Assembly: GCF_030028105.1 (NCBI RefSeq)
Contig: NC_092382.1
Coordinates: forward strand, 99,588,699 to 99,652,698
Origin: Mobula birostris
Taxonomy: Eukaryota
Length of the DNA: 64,000 nt
Direction: 5' to 3'
Both the position numbers and the translations under genes were made by a program. The notes under the pieces were generated by a model, which saw nothing but the letters and a program-made list of their open reading frames with translations, did no database searches and was not told the DNA's origin. Shown here piece by piece: positions 26,684-38,019 of the stretch; the stretch's first letter is position 1; the number at the start of each line of letters is the position of its first letter.

Positions 26684-26943
26684 AAGTACTGCAAGCGCAG
26701 AAGAGGACGACCGATTGTGTGGGTGAGGGTTTGTTTGTAAAGCGGGTATCGCTGGATCTCTTGGCCGTGTAGCGGTCATGCGTGTAGCTTCTGATGGAGC
26801 CTTGCCCAGCGGAGGTGAACAAGAGGTCCAGTCCCTATTGATTTTGTACCTGTACCAGCATGCATGCGAGGTGCGTCTCTTTCCCGCCGGCTCCCATCGA
26901 CAGGGAAGAATACCACTGCCCCATATAACTTAGCCAGTATTCC
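26684..26943 (-). pseudogene. Decayed V-beta-like segment of the CACS family
   Basis: Reverse strand gives YMGQWYSSLSMGAGG..., WYR, LFTSAGQGSIRSYTHDRYTAKRSS...VVLFCACST with frameshifts and deletions. A degenerate leader with CCCG|GTAAGT lies at ~27128-27168. Confidence 0.8.
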
Positions 26944-28921
26944 CGTGGAACAGAGGTTGGCTGAGTCGATAGTGCTAGTAGCAGTACCACTCAGCAGGTC
27001 GCAAAGATATCGTAACGATTCGGCAAATTGGTTCTGCTGCTGCTGGAAACGCATCACCAGGGATCCAGGTCCCGCTTTACGAAGAACGCTATTGAGGCCC
27101 AAATTTCCCTGTTCTTTTGAAACTTACCGGGTATTCCTTTCCCCCGCTGCGGCCCATATCCCGCGCATACCCGAAACCTTCCAGGATCAAGAGAAACTTA
27201 TGAAACTTTGAAAACGTGTTTTAACGCGTATTGAGTGAGGTATGAAGGACCACTAATTGCAATATCGTCCAAAAAGGGTGTCCAGCTGTCCTAAGCCAAC
27301 TCAGAGGTTTCCATAGCCGATATCGCCCCTCCCATCTCCGTCAACATCCCCTTCTCTGCGCCTATCCCTGACTCCATCAACCTCTTCCTTCCTAATATAC
27401 ATCCCTGTTCCTGCTATCCCCTCCATCCCCAACACCTCTCCGCATCTCGGTCATCCTCTCCCTCCCCTACATAGCCCCCGTCGTTGTGATATTCCCCTCC
27501 TTTCCACTCTTCTCCATTTCCGTCACCCCCTCTCTCCTACATAGGCCTCGTCTCTGTGATCCCTCCCGCCCCGAATCCGTGAGCCCCTCCTTCCACGACG
27601 GTCACGCCTCGCTCACCATCTCCTTGACTGCTACTTTTGATTTGCAGTGTCTGCAGGATCTGTTGTGTCGAAAACAATAGATTAATCGGAGGTGCAGGAA
27701 CTTGGATGAGCTTATCTGCACACTGGAAGTGGCTGATGCAGCTACAGTTGCAATGACGCGTACGATGAAGGGTCAGCACTGTTGACGTGACGTTATGACA
27801 TCGCCAGAGACCCGGGTTCAGTTCTATAAGGAGATTCTACGTTCTACTCTTGACCGCGTAATGTTCATGCAGGTGTTCCGGTTTCATCCGGCATTCCGAA
27901 GACATGAAGGGCAGTAGGTTATTTGGTCACCTCTGTGCAATCGGGCCATGTTGGGTCACTCTGCCTTATCTCTACAAAAGGCACTGAGATAGGGGAGGAT
28001 TAGAGAGATAACGCTTCCAGGCTGAACGTATAGAATTGTTATGAAAAAAATGAAGATTTAGGAATACCATGTTCAGACAGAGGGAGGTGTGCATATGGAA
28101 TTAGCTAAGAATACCGCAACTATTAGAACAAGCACACAGGAATTTCCCAGCGGGTTTCGGCAGTATCTGCAGAGAGTGGAACCACATTAACTCTAGTTGT
28201 AAAGTAAATAACGTATTAAAGTATAAGATTCTGAAAGGGGCAGACATGAGGAATCTTCATTTATTCCAGGGTTTTTTTTTATTTTTATTTTACTCAGAGA
28301 ATCAAGGATGCCTGGAATGCTCTGTCTGCTACGGTGATAGAGGTAAATACATTAGAGCTTTTTAAGGGTCGTTTCGATAGACGCACAAATGTGAGGAAGC
28401 TGGAGGGACGTGGCCATGAAATATATAAGAAGGATTCGCTCTTCGGTGTTTTTGATTTGCTTTTAGCTAGTGAGTCTCAGCACTGTAGGCCAAAGTGCCT
28501 GTTCCTGTGCTGTACGTTCCTGTATAAAATGATCAATTACGTTGAGCAAATTCGGAAACCGTTATTTTTATTCTGGAAAACTACAGATACAACATACGCA
28601 GCTGAATTCTGTAGCTGTAAGGGGTTCGCGGTCCCGGAACCGTTGCTAGGTGGCACCTGTGCTTTGCAGTTTTCTGAGCGAAAGGAGAGACGCGTCGGAG
28701 CTTCCGCAACAACAATGATTTCGCGCCGATGCTGGCATTTGTCGCAGAAATTTATAACATTCAACAGAAAGATACTTGAGTGTGTTCGGACATTTCCCGG
28801 AGACTTTTCCTGCTCTCAATCGTATAGAATACAAACAAGAGAACAGATGGGCACAGACAAAGCTGGTGATGTCGCGCCAGATGAACAACGAGTTTGGTTC
28901 CCCAGTTCTATGACAAGGACT

Positions 28922-28944
28922 GCACACACACACACACGCATAAT

Positions 28945-28980
<36 letters not shown>

Positions 28981-29162
28981 CAGACAGATAGATAGATAGA
29001 TATGGATATAGATCGGCCGTCTTCAGATAGACAGATAGATAGAGAGACAGACCGACAAGGACAAGGACAGAGACAGACAGACACACACACACATACACAC
29101 ACACGCACACACAAACACACACACACACACACAAATATAGATAGATAGATAGATAGATAGAT
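28922..29162. repeat. Compound (CA)n/(GATA)n microsatellite
   Basis: Direct reading. Confidence 0.95.
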
Positions 29163-29229
29163 CAGAACAACAGTAGGATACGCGGGACGATGGATAGACA
29201 GAGGAGGAAGACAGAAAGTTCATTAATAT

Positions 29230-29520
29230 CGATGAGAATATAAATGATAGATCATACATCATTGGCAGATACACGGAGAATGTAAGGAGGCGGATTACAT
29301 GATTTTTTCTTCCGTTATTGGATGTTAGTACGTTTCGGTGGGCAGAATGCTCTGCTGTTTCCGTTTCGCGCTTCACTCGCTGACGAGTTTCGCGGTGCAA
29401 CAGCGCCCTCTTTCGCACAAAGATTTGCCGGAAATACACTTGCAGAAGTGTTTGGTTGATTTAAGCATTCATTCATTTTCCCATGGTTTATTTCCCTGTG
29501 CGTCCGGTGATCATACTACA
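29230..29520. repeat. Diverged duplicated element around a CTCF-like site (paralog at ~33830-34110)
   Basis: Shared blocks taaatgatagatc, ggcagaat, caacagcgccctctttcg, ccggaaatacacttgc and ccatggtttattt occur in the same order in both copies. Confidence 0.75.
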
Positions 29521-30349
29521 GGATAAACAGGCAAAAAATATGTTCTTAATAGATAGAGCCTGCCCGACGACACATAACCTACAGAATTCGATAAGCTGAA
29601 AAACACCAGAAATATACAGAACTAAAGAGGAAATTGAAAGACTATGGAATGGAAACATCTACAACCAGTAGTATCTACAACTGGTATCGTTCTAAAGGCA
29701 CGGCAGAACATAATTGCACAGAAAAATCCTCAGAAACCCACAGCACTAAACATAGTTTGAAAGTTCCGATCATTTAAGAAATGTGTCTGCTTGGTTAATT
29801 ATAATAATTATTATTATTGATAATAATAAAACTAAAATAATGGATAGTGTATGAAAAGGATCAGTAAGTAACCACAGAATAAATGGAGCCGATTGGGCTC
29901 TAAGGCGTTTGGATGACGTATGACGTCACCACCCGGCAGCTTCTGCAGCCAAGCTGAAGCCAAGTGCGCTGCTTCGCATTCCTTTGGACCACATCCGCGA
30001 GGCCGAGAGGAGGATCTTACTGTCTGGGCAGGCCAGGATCTCCATACTAATCGCCCATGTCTGCGGCAAGGAAAGGGCGCAACCATTGTCTACTTAGACA
30101 GACGGAGCCATGATGATTGGGCAATGGAGGGTGTTGTCCAAGAATGACACAGGTAGAAGTTTTCCATGGAAAATCACATATAGATCAATACAGTCAATAA
30201 ATTGAATCTATTAAATTACGTCTATTATTATCATTACTATTATTATTATCATTATTCTTATTGTAATTACTGTTATCATTATTATTAGTACTACCACTAC
30301 TATCAGACCCTAAGACTATAATATTTAGAAACAGGTTTAGGGATTTGGT

Positions 30350-32070
30350 CCATCAAGCCCACTTCACCATCTCATCAGGTCTGATATATTTTCATCTCAG
30401 TCCCAGTCTCCTGCCTTCTCCCCATATTCATTCAAGCCCGAAACAAACTGGAATCTATCAAACTCTGCCTTGAATATACGTAACTCCGGAAATTCACTCC
30501 TCTTCAGCTGAAGAAATTTCTCCACATCTTCATACTAAAAAGATGTCCCTCTATTGGAGGACTGTGTCCAGTCTAAGGCTGTCCAATGATTGGAAACATC
30601 CACTCCGCATCCACTCTATGTTCGCATTTCAATATTAGGTAGGTTTCAATCAGATCATCCCTCATCCTTCTGAATTCTAACGAATACGAGCCCAAAGACA
30701 TCAAAAGCTCTTCATATGACAAACATTCAATCCTGCAATGATTTTCGTGAAATTTCATTGATACCTCTCCACTCATTTCTAGGTTAAACGTCCCAAAACT
30801 GCTCCCAGTACTCCAAATGAGGCCTGTCCAGCGCTTCATCAAGTCCCAAATTCTTTGAGGAGATTACAAGTAGGATAGATAAAGGAGATGTAGTGAATGT
30901 TGTATATTTGGACTTTCCAAAGGCCTTTGACAAGTGCCACACATGAAGCTGCTTACCAAGTTAAGAACCCATGGCATTGCAGGAGAGTTACTAACATAGT
31001 TAGAGCATTGGCTGTTTGATAGAAAACAGCGAGTGGGAATAAGAAGATCCTTTTCTGGTTGACTGCCAGTAACTGGTGGCGTCCCGCAGGAGTCGGTGTT
31101 ATGACCACTTTTTTTTTTATGATGGAGTAGATGACTTTGTTGCCAGGTTTGCAGATGATACGAAGATTGGTGAAGGAGCAGGTAGTGTTGAGGGAACAGG
31201 TAGGATGCAGAAGAGATTCAACAGATTAGGAGAATGGGCAAGAAAGTGGAAAATGAAATACAATCTTCGAAAATGCACGGTCATGTACTTTGGCAGTAGT
31301 AATAAATGTGCGGACTATGTTCTAAAGGTTGAGCAGCTCCAGGAATCTGAGATGCAGAGGTACTGGGAATCCTTGTACGGAACACCCTGAATGTTAACTT
31401 GTAGGCTGAGTCGGTGGTTGAGGAATCAAATGCCATGTTTCTACTTATTTCAAGAAGTCTAGAATACAAGAGAAAGGATGCGATGCTGAGGCTTTAGAAG
31501 ACACTGGCGAGGCCTCATCTTGAGTATTGTGAACTCAATAGTATTGAGTGTGGGCCACTCATCTGATAAAGGAGGTGCTGACATTGCAGAGCATCTACAG
31601 GAACTTCACAAAGGCGATACCAGGAATGAAAGGGTTCTCAAGAGAAGAGGAATGTTTGATGGAACTGGGTCTGTACTCGCTGGAATTCAGAAGGGTGAGG
31701 GACGATATCATTGAAACCTTTCGAAAGTTAAAAACGGCCTCGTAGATGTGGAAAGTTTGTTTAGGATAAGAGGGTACAGTCTTAGTATAGAGGGTCGTCA
31801 TTTCAATACGGAGATGAGGTGAGCTTTCTTTATCCAAAATGCGGTGAATTTGTGGAATTTGTTGCCACCTGCAGCTGTGGAGACCAGGTCGCTGGGTGTT
31901 TTTTAGGCAGCGATAGATATGTTCTCGATTGGGCATGGCATCAAAGGTTACCGGGAGAAGGCCCGGAACTTGGGATGAGGAGGAGATTAAAAAAAAGTAT
32001 CAGCCATGATTGATTGGCGGAGCAGATTCGATGGGCCAGGCAGCCTAATTCTGCTTCTATGACTTATGGT
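30350..32070. mobile_element. CR1 fragments (minus ~30350-30840, plus ~30840-32070)
   Basis: LDFPKAFDK, FVARFADDTKIG and LGLYSLEFRR motifs. 3' UTR near 32000-32070. Confidence 0.75.
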
Positions 32071-34596
32071 CTTAATATTATAACACGAAAACAATACTCC
32101 AGATGAGGCCTTACATCACACTCTCAGCCAAATCACATTTACCAGAAACGCTCCCACAAAGAAACAACATCCGTTATGAAAGACCACGAACATCTCGGCC
32201 ATGCTCTCATTTCCTGTCTGCAGTTGTTACAGGAGCCTTTAGTACCACAATATGAGAATCCTATGGGCTCCCTCTCAAGGATTGTACATCTCATGACTAT
32301 TGATTTTTTGATTGATTCCATTGTGATTGATATTATTGATATTTTTTTATGTATTTGGTCAGTTGTGTCTTCTTTTGCACATCGGTTTTAGTTCATTTTT
32401 GCGTGTATTTTTTCACCGATTCCATTGTATTTCTTTCGTCAACCGCGAAAGCCGGCATGAATATCTATCCCAGGTTCTTAATGCACAATCAGAATTTTAA
32501 AAAAAACATACAGTTATGACTAATTACATCCAGACGCCATTTAGATTTTTAAACCCCGCTCTCCAACAAAAACATTACGGTCTTTCTAGCAGTGGAGCAC
32601 CTCTGCTCATAAACACTCCGATATCTTCGAAAACCAAACGCTCCCTCCCGCTTCCGAACCATCATCCGGTTCCGTCCACTTTCAAGCATCGACCGCTACA
32701 AGTATCCACCCACCACCACACCCCCCTCCGCCCAATCTCCTCCGCCAACTCCATCTAAAACACTCGGAGATTGCATGCACTGTCTCGATGGGCACGCACA
32801 CACCTACGTATTCATATGCGTGGATTTAGGAGCGCACCCGGATATGGCCGTGTCATCGAGTTTGGGAGTTTCGGCAAATATCAAAGGTGCTCAGATTTTG
32901 GGCTGTGACGTAGTTCAAGGTTGTATAATTTATACATATTTTGACAATAAATCTAATTTGAAGATTGACTTTTCTAAATGCCATGTAGGTGTCGGCGGAT
33001 ATTGACTATCAACGGGTTTTGGGGGGGTCGGCGGGTTTGTGGGCGTGGGCATTTTTGGCGTGTCCGCGCTGTTCAGGGTATTGGTGATTACTGACAGGGA
33101 CCGGGATTTGGTGCTGAGCAGGTATTACGAGTTGTGAGGATTTGTGGTGCCCACGGATTTGTCGGTGCATACAGATTTGCTGGAATCGGTGGATTTCGGG
33201 TTTTCGTCAGACATGTGGGGCGGGGTTGCACGTGCCTTTGAGGGTAAGCAAATTTGAGGGTATCAGCAACAATTGGCCTGCCACCGAATTACTGGGTGTC
33301 GGCGGGAATGGGGTATAAGCGGATTAGGGGCTGTCCGAAGAACCCGGAGTGGCATCAGATGCGGGGGTGCGCACGGATTTGGGGGTGCCAATGGATTCGG
33401 AGCGTTGGTGGTTTTCGGCGGGTCCAGGGATAATGGGAAGTCACAGGATTTAGGGGTGCGCACGAGTTTGGGTGTGTCAGCTGTTTTGGGGTTTATGGCT
33501 GGGGGTTCGACGGATGTGGTAGTGTCACCAGATTTGGGGGTGCTCGGATTATGGGGCTTTGACGAGTCGCAAAGTTGTATTATTGCTGTCTACTTTGATA
33601 GTTAAAGCAGTTGCCACTTTGAGATCTGAAGATGGGGACGGCAATTTTGCGAAACTTTACTGTCCTTGCAGACTTAAAGTTTGAAAGATTTGACCTGATC
33701 CTTGCTCTGGCGTTATCTGATGTGGAGTTTGTGGATATTATAACAGTTAGATAGATAGAAAGGCATAGTTCAGAGCCACAGAGTAATAAGACAAGTAGGC
33801 GCTAATGCAGATTGATTGAGGGTTCAGAACGTCTATTGACCGAGATACGATAAATGATAGATCGAAAGAGACACGGAGACCGTAACGAGGTAGGTTTCAT
33901 GATTACCTCGTTTGAACTGACATTACTACGTTTGAATAGGCAGAATAGACTGCGGTTCCCGTCTCGGGGTGCACTCTCTGTCGAATCCCGTGGTACAACA
34001 GCGCCCTCTTTCGGGCAAATTGTTTCCGGAAATACACTTGCCGACGTAGTTGATTGGTTGATTCCTTCATTCGCCATTTTACCATGGTTTATTTTCATAT
34101 CGGTCCGGATATAATATTACACACTGAACAAGCAAGAAGGTGATGGATTCCACAGAAACATAACATGCAGAAATCATGTCAATAAATCGGGGTTGAAGGT
34201 GAGTGGTGTGGGTGTTTAAGGGGCCTTTAAAACGGTGGGAGTAACACAGAATATTACCACCGTCAGAAGGACTTCTGGACCGGTACATGTAAAGGAAAGG
34301 TTTTGCTGTAAACACGCGAACTTCTGGCTAATATGATGGGCTTTGATAACACAGTTGGCCTACGCAGAAGAATGGGGCCGAGGGGTTGTATCTGCACCGC
34401 CTGGAACATAACTACAGACAATTACCATTTCTGTCCCAAGCAGACGATCAGATAATGATGTCGTCAGCAGGAGCTCAATCGGCAATTGGTGGATGGACAG
34501 TCTCGACGTCATATCCGGGAACACCCTCGACCGACAGAGCTTAGTTGAAGAAGCGAGTGAGGGGCGTTTGCTGCCGAACAGCGCTGCAGAATCGCG

Positions 34597-34660
34597 ATGT
34601 ATTTCCCTCCTGACGTGCCCCTTGTCTGCCTAACTTTATCCCTGACACTCTTGCACAAAT
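34597..34660 (+). CDS. Leader exon of V-delta-like segment
   Basis: MYFPPDVPLVCLTLSLTLLHK plus a phase-1 donor T|GTGAGT (64 nt). Joins in frame to 34808. Confidence 0.85.
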
Positions 34661-34807
34661 GTGAGTATTTTTCTTGATCAATTATTTCTCACACCGGGTG
34701 GAACCGGCCGATTCAAAGACGATCCAAATTCATATTTTAAATAGCGGGATACTATGCCGTTGTCATCCACTTGACCATGAATTACTTTCTCTTGCATGTT
34801 AATCCAG

Positions 34808-35104
34808 GTCTGTCGGCTGCGCCAACAGTGGTCCAGTTACCTACCGCGGCCTCGGTTCGGCCTGGAGAACATTTCAGTTTTGAGTGCAGTTTGGAGGGAG
34901 GCGGCATGGGCGACTACACCATGCACTGGTACAGGCAAATCGGTACGAGTCTGGAGCATGTCTGCGACGAGAATGGCTTATGCGCCTCAGCCTTTAAACT
35001 GCGGTTCACCACTAAGCTCGAAGCTGCACAGAACAGCTTCACTCTGCAGCTCAGCAGCTGCGAGGAGACGGACTCGGCGAGCTACTTCTGCGCAGCGAAG
35101 CTCG
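34808..35104 (+). CDS. Apparently functional TCR V segment of V-delta (TRDV2-like) type with extra cysteines
   Basis: LSAAPTVVQLPTAASVRPGEHFSFECSLEGGGMGDYTMHWYRQIGTSLEHVCDENGLCASAFKLRFTTKLEAAQNSFTLQLSSCEETDSASYFCAAKL. C23, W41 and C104 are present, the frame is open, and an RSS follows. Family assignment is by manual alignment. Confidence 0.88.
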
Positions 35105-35143
35105 CACGGCGGCTCACGTCTCGGGCTGCCTCAGACAAAAACC
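35105..35143 (+). other. 23-RSS (CACGGCG-23-ACAAAAACC)
   Basis: Heptamer 35105-35111, spacer 35112-35134, consensus nonamer 35135-35143. Confidence 0.93.
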
Positions 35144-35329
35144 TCCCCAGTGATTCGTAGAACAGTCAGCCCATCACAGTCCGTTGCCAGCCACTTTCTG
35201 TGCGTCCATCGAACTCATCTCCAAGTGTTATCTTTTTTATCAGTCTTTCCTCACACGCACATCCAACTGAAGTTTATTTGCGTGAAACGCTGCTGGGAGG
35301 AAGCTGAATCTATTATGAAGATCCTCCGC

Positions 35330-37090
35330 CGTCAGTGTTATCAACTCCGCATTACAGTAGATCCCACAACACTAGGTACCGTGATGGACTAACTTTCAGG
35401 GTTTGGACAATTCATGTCTATTCATTGATTGGTATAGTCGATCATTATGAATATAAGGCCGTATGAACCTAATATATGCGAGCAGAATTCGGCTATTTGC
35501 TCCAGCGAGTCTATTCCGCCACTTCATCTTGGCTGATCCAAATTTCCTTTTCAGCCTCAGTCTCCCTCTTTCTCCCCTTACCTTCTCATGCCCAAAACAT
35601 ACAAGAATCGATCAACCGTTGCCTTCAATAATTCAAAGGATTCGCCACTCTCTGTCCAAAGGAATTGCTCCTCACCTCCGTACTTCTACTTTGACACTGT
35701 GTCCCCCGGTCTAGGATTGTCGCACCTTTGGAAACATCTCCTCCGCGTTCACTCTATCAAGGTATTTCACCATTGGGCAGTTTTCAATCAGATCATTCCT
35801 CATCCTTCTTTGAGTTCCAGAGCAATCAAAACCTCTTTAAACCATAAACCTTTAATTTTCGGATCATTTTCGTGAAACTCCTATGAAACCTCTCCAGTTT
35901 CAGCACCTCTTTTTTGTAAAACAGGAAACCGACAACAGCACACGATACTCCAAATGAGGCCTCGCTGGCTCTTCATGAAGTGGGCCACATTATATTCTGG
36001 CATTTGTATTCTGGTACTCTTGAAATAAGTGCTATCATCACATGTGCCTCCCTCACCACAGAATGCACCTAAATGAATTTTTCATGAATCCTGCGCAATG
36101 GCTGTGAAGTCCCTTTGCGCCTTAGTTTTTTGGCATATCCTCTCCATTTAGAAAATAGTCTACACTTTCATTTCTTCTGCCAAAATGCATGGCCATGCAC
36201 ATACCGACACTGTACTCCATCTTACACTTCTCTGTCCACTCTTCTGATCCGGTGCTTTGGTAGCCTCTCTATTTCTCCCAGTGTAGGAAACATCCTCTCC
36301 ACATCCACGCTAACTAGGTCTTTCAATATTCACAAAAATTGCTGGCGAACGCAGCAGGCCAGGCAGCATGTATCAGGAGAGGTACAGTTGACGTTTCGGG
36401 CCCAGAACCTTCGTCTGACCAGGACTGTACCGCTTCCTACAGATGCTGCCTGGCCTGCTACGTTCACCAGCGTTTCTGTGTGTGTTTCTTGTATTTCCAG
36501 CATCTGCAGATTACGTCGTGTTTCCGCCTTCAATATTCGATAGGTTTCAATGAGGTCCCCCCTCAATTGTCTAAACTCCAGCAAGTACAGGCCCAGAGCT
36601 ATCAAACGCTCCTCGTATGTTAACCCTTTCATTCCTTGAATTGTCGTCGTTAAAATTCTGTGAACCCTCTCCAATATAAGCACATCCTATCTAAGATAAG
36701 CTGCCCTAAACTGCTCACAATACTCCAAGGTTGGCCTCACCAGTGCTTTATAAAGCCTCAACATCACATCCTTGCTTTTATTTTCCAGTCGTCTTGACAT
36801 TTTCTTTTTTGCTTATCCCGCTTGTTATTTCTTTTGGAATTCCCAGAAAGTTGTCAGGCAAGTTTTCGCTCGAGGAAACCATGCTGACTAGGTCCTATTT
36901 TATCAGGTTTCCCCAAGTACACTCGGACCTCATCCTCAATAACCGACGCCAACATCTTCCCAATCACTAACCTCAGACTAACTGGCCTCCAGTTTAATTT
37001 CCATCGTATTTGCCGGTGCTTCCGTGCATGCCGGCGGGAAAATAAATCGCAGGTAATACACGGTGACACATACGTAAGATCATACTAAAC
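35330..37090 (-). mobile_element. CR1 fragments with a nested Penelope-like end (~36320-36520)
   Basis: ORF 36330-36683 (MKGLTYEERLIALGLYLLEFRQLRGDLIETYRIL) and 36854-37069 (NWRPVSL..GKML). Confidence 0.65.
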
Positions 37091-37818
37091 TTAATTTGAA
37101 ATTTAAATGCTGAGCCTCCCAAGTCGGAGGAACTGTCGGCGATACCGTCGACCTTTGAGAACAGCAAATTTCTCTCAATAATTTTCTCAGTTTTGATCCG
37201 ACTCAGCGAGAACTTTGAGCGCTTTACTCTCAGGCATTGGTGATTGATACAACAGCAGGGGGCAGTAGAGGCATTTCGTTCGCTGTTGATGCGCTGGCCC
37301 TTGATGAGGGTGCTTCACCTGAGAGTCGGAGGTCCAGGGGTAGCATTACAGGGTTCTATACGCTCATCGACAAGGTTGAAGGTCAATGTCTCTTTGACAG
37401 GCGGTCTGAACCGAGCAGGCGTTCGTTTAATGTAGATGGATAAAATCTCACTCCGCCTCTGAGTTTCTGTTAATTACTGCTCATTTTTTCCGATCGGACC
37501 CACGGACTGCAGCCTCCTCAAAGCCCCTCGCTCTCTGTGTCGCCGTGGACTCGTTCGCAATTATTAATTGCCGTCAACGTGACACCACGCCGGGTACTGG
37601 TATAGGGGCACCGCCGAGATCCCGGAGACTCTCTGACCTGGAACGGATATATTGGTGGGCGCACGAGATGAGCTTTCAAAAGAAGTGCTAGAGATGGGGT
37701 AGAATTGCAACGCACAATTTACATTTGAAACAGGTGGCTTCGAAGGTTTCCCAGTGACCGTACTTGGCGCAATTTGTGAGTTTTTGACCGCCCAGCGTCA
37801 AACCTGTAACGGGATTAG

Positions 37819-38019
37819 GATGGGACAGCACAAAGTTCTGCAACGTACGACGGCGAAAGCAAGACCGGTGGTGTTGCAGATGCCCGGTAAGGAGCGCAGC
37901 AGTTGTGCGTGAGATTTGGGGAACCGGTTCAACGGGGAAGCAACCACTTCACTGTGTAGCTCGGCGGCTATAGGCAGGCAGACTCGAAGGTCTATCGCTG
38001 TGCCGCGAACGCCACCCAG
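37819..38019 (+). pseudogene. Decayed V-delta-like V remnant
   Basis: HKVLQRTTAKARP, QMPGKE and GSNHFTV*LGGYRQADSKVYRCAAN in shifting frames, then heptamer-like CACCCAG at 38013. No nonamer. Confidence 0.55.

Noticed and set aside
28646-29439. Cys/Val-rich ORFs
   Set aside because: Translations of (CA)n/(GATA)n microsatellites.
34808-35104. Assignment as NAR-TCR V, IgNAR V or IgH V
   Set aside because: It retains a CDR2 region (W-C spacing 54 aa, versus about 48 in VNAR and about 60 in VH), lacks VH motifs such as GKGLEW, and has its own leader.
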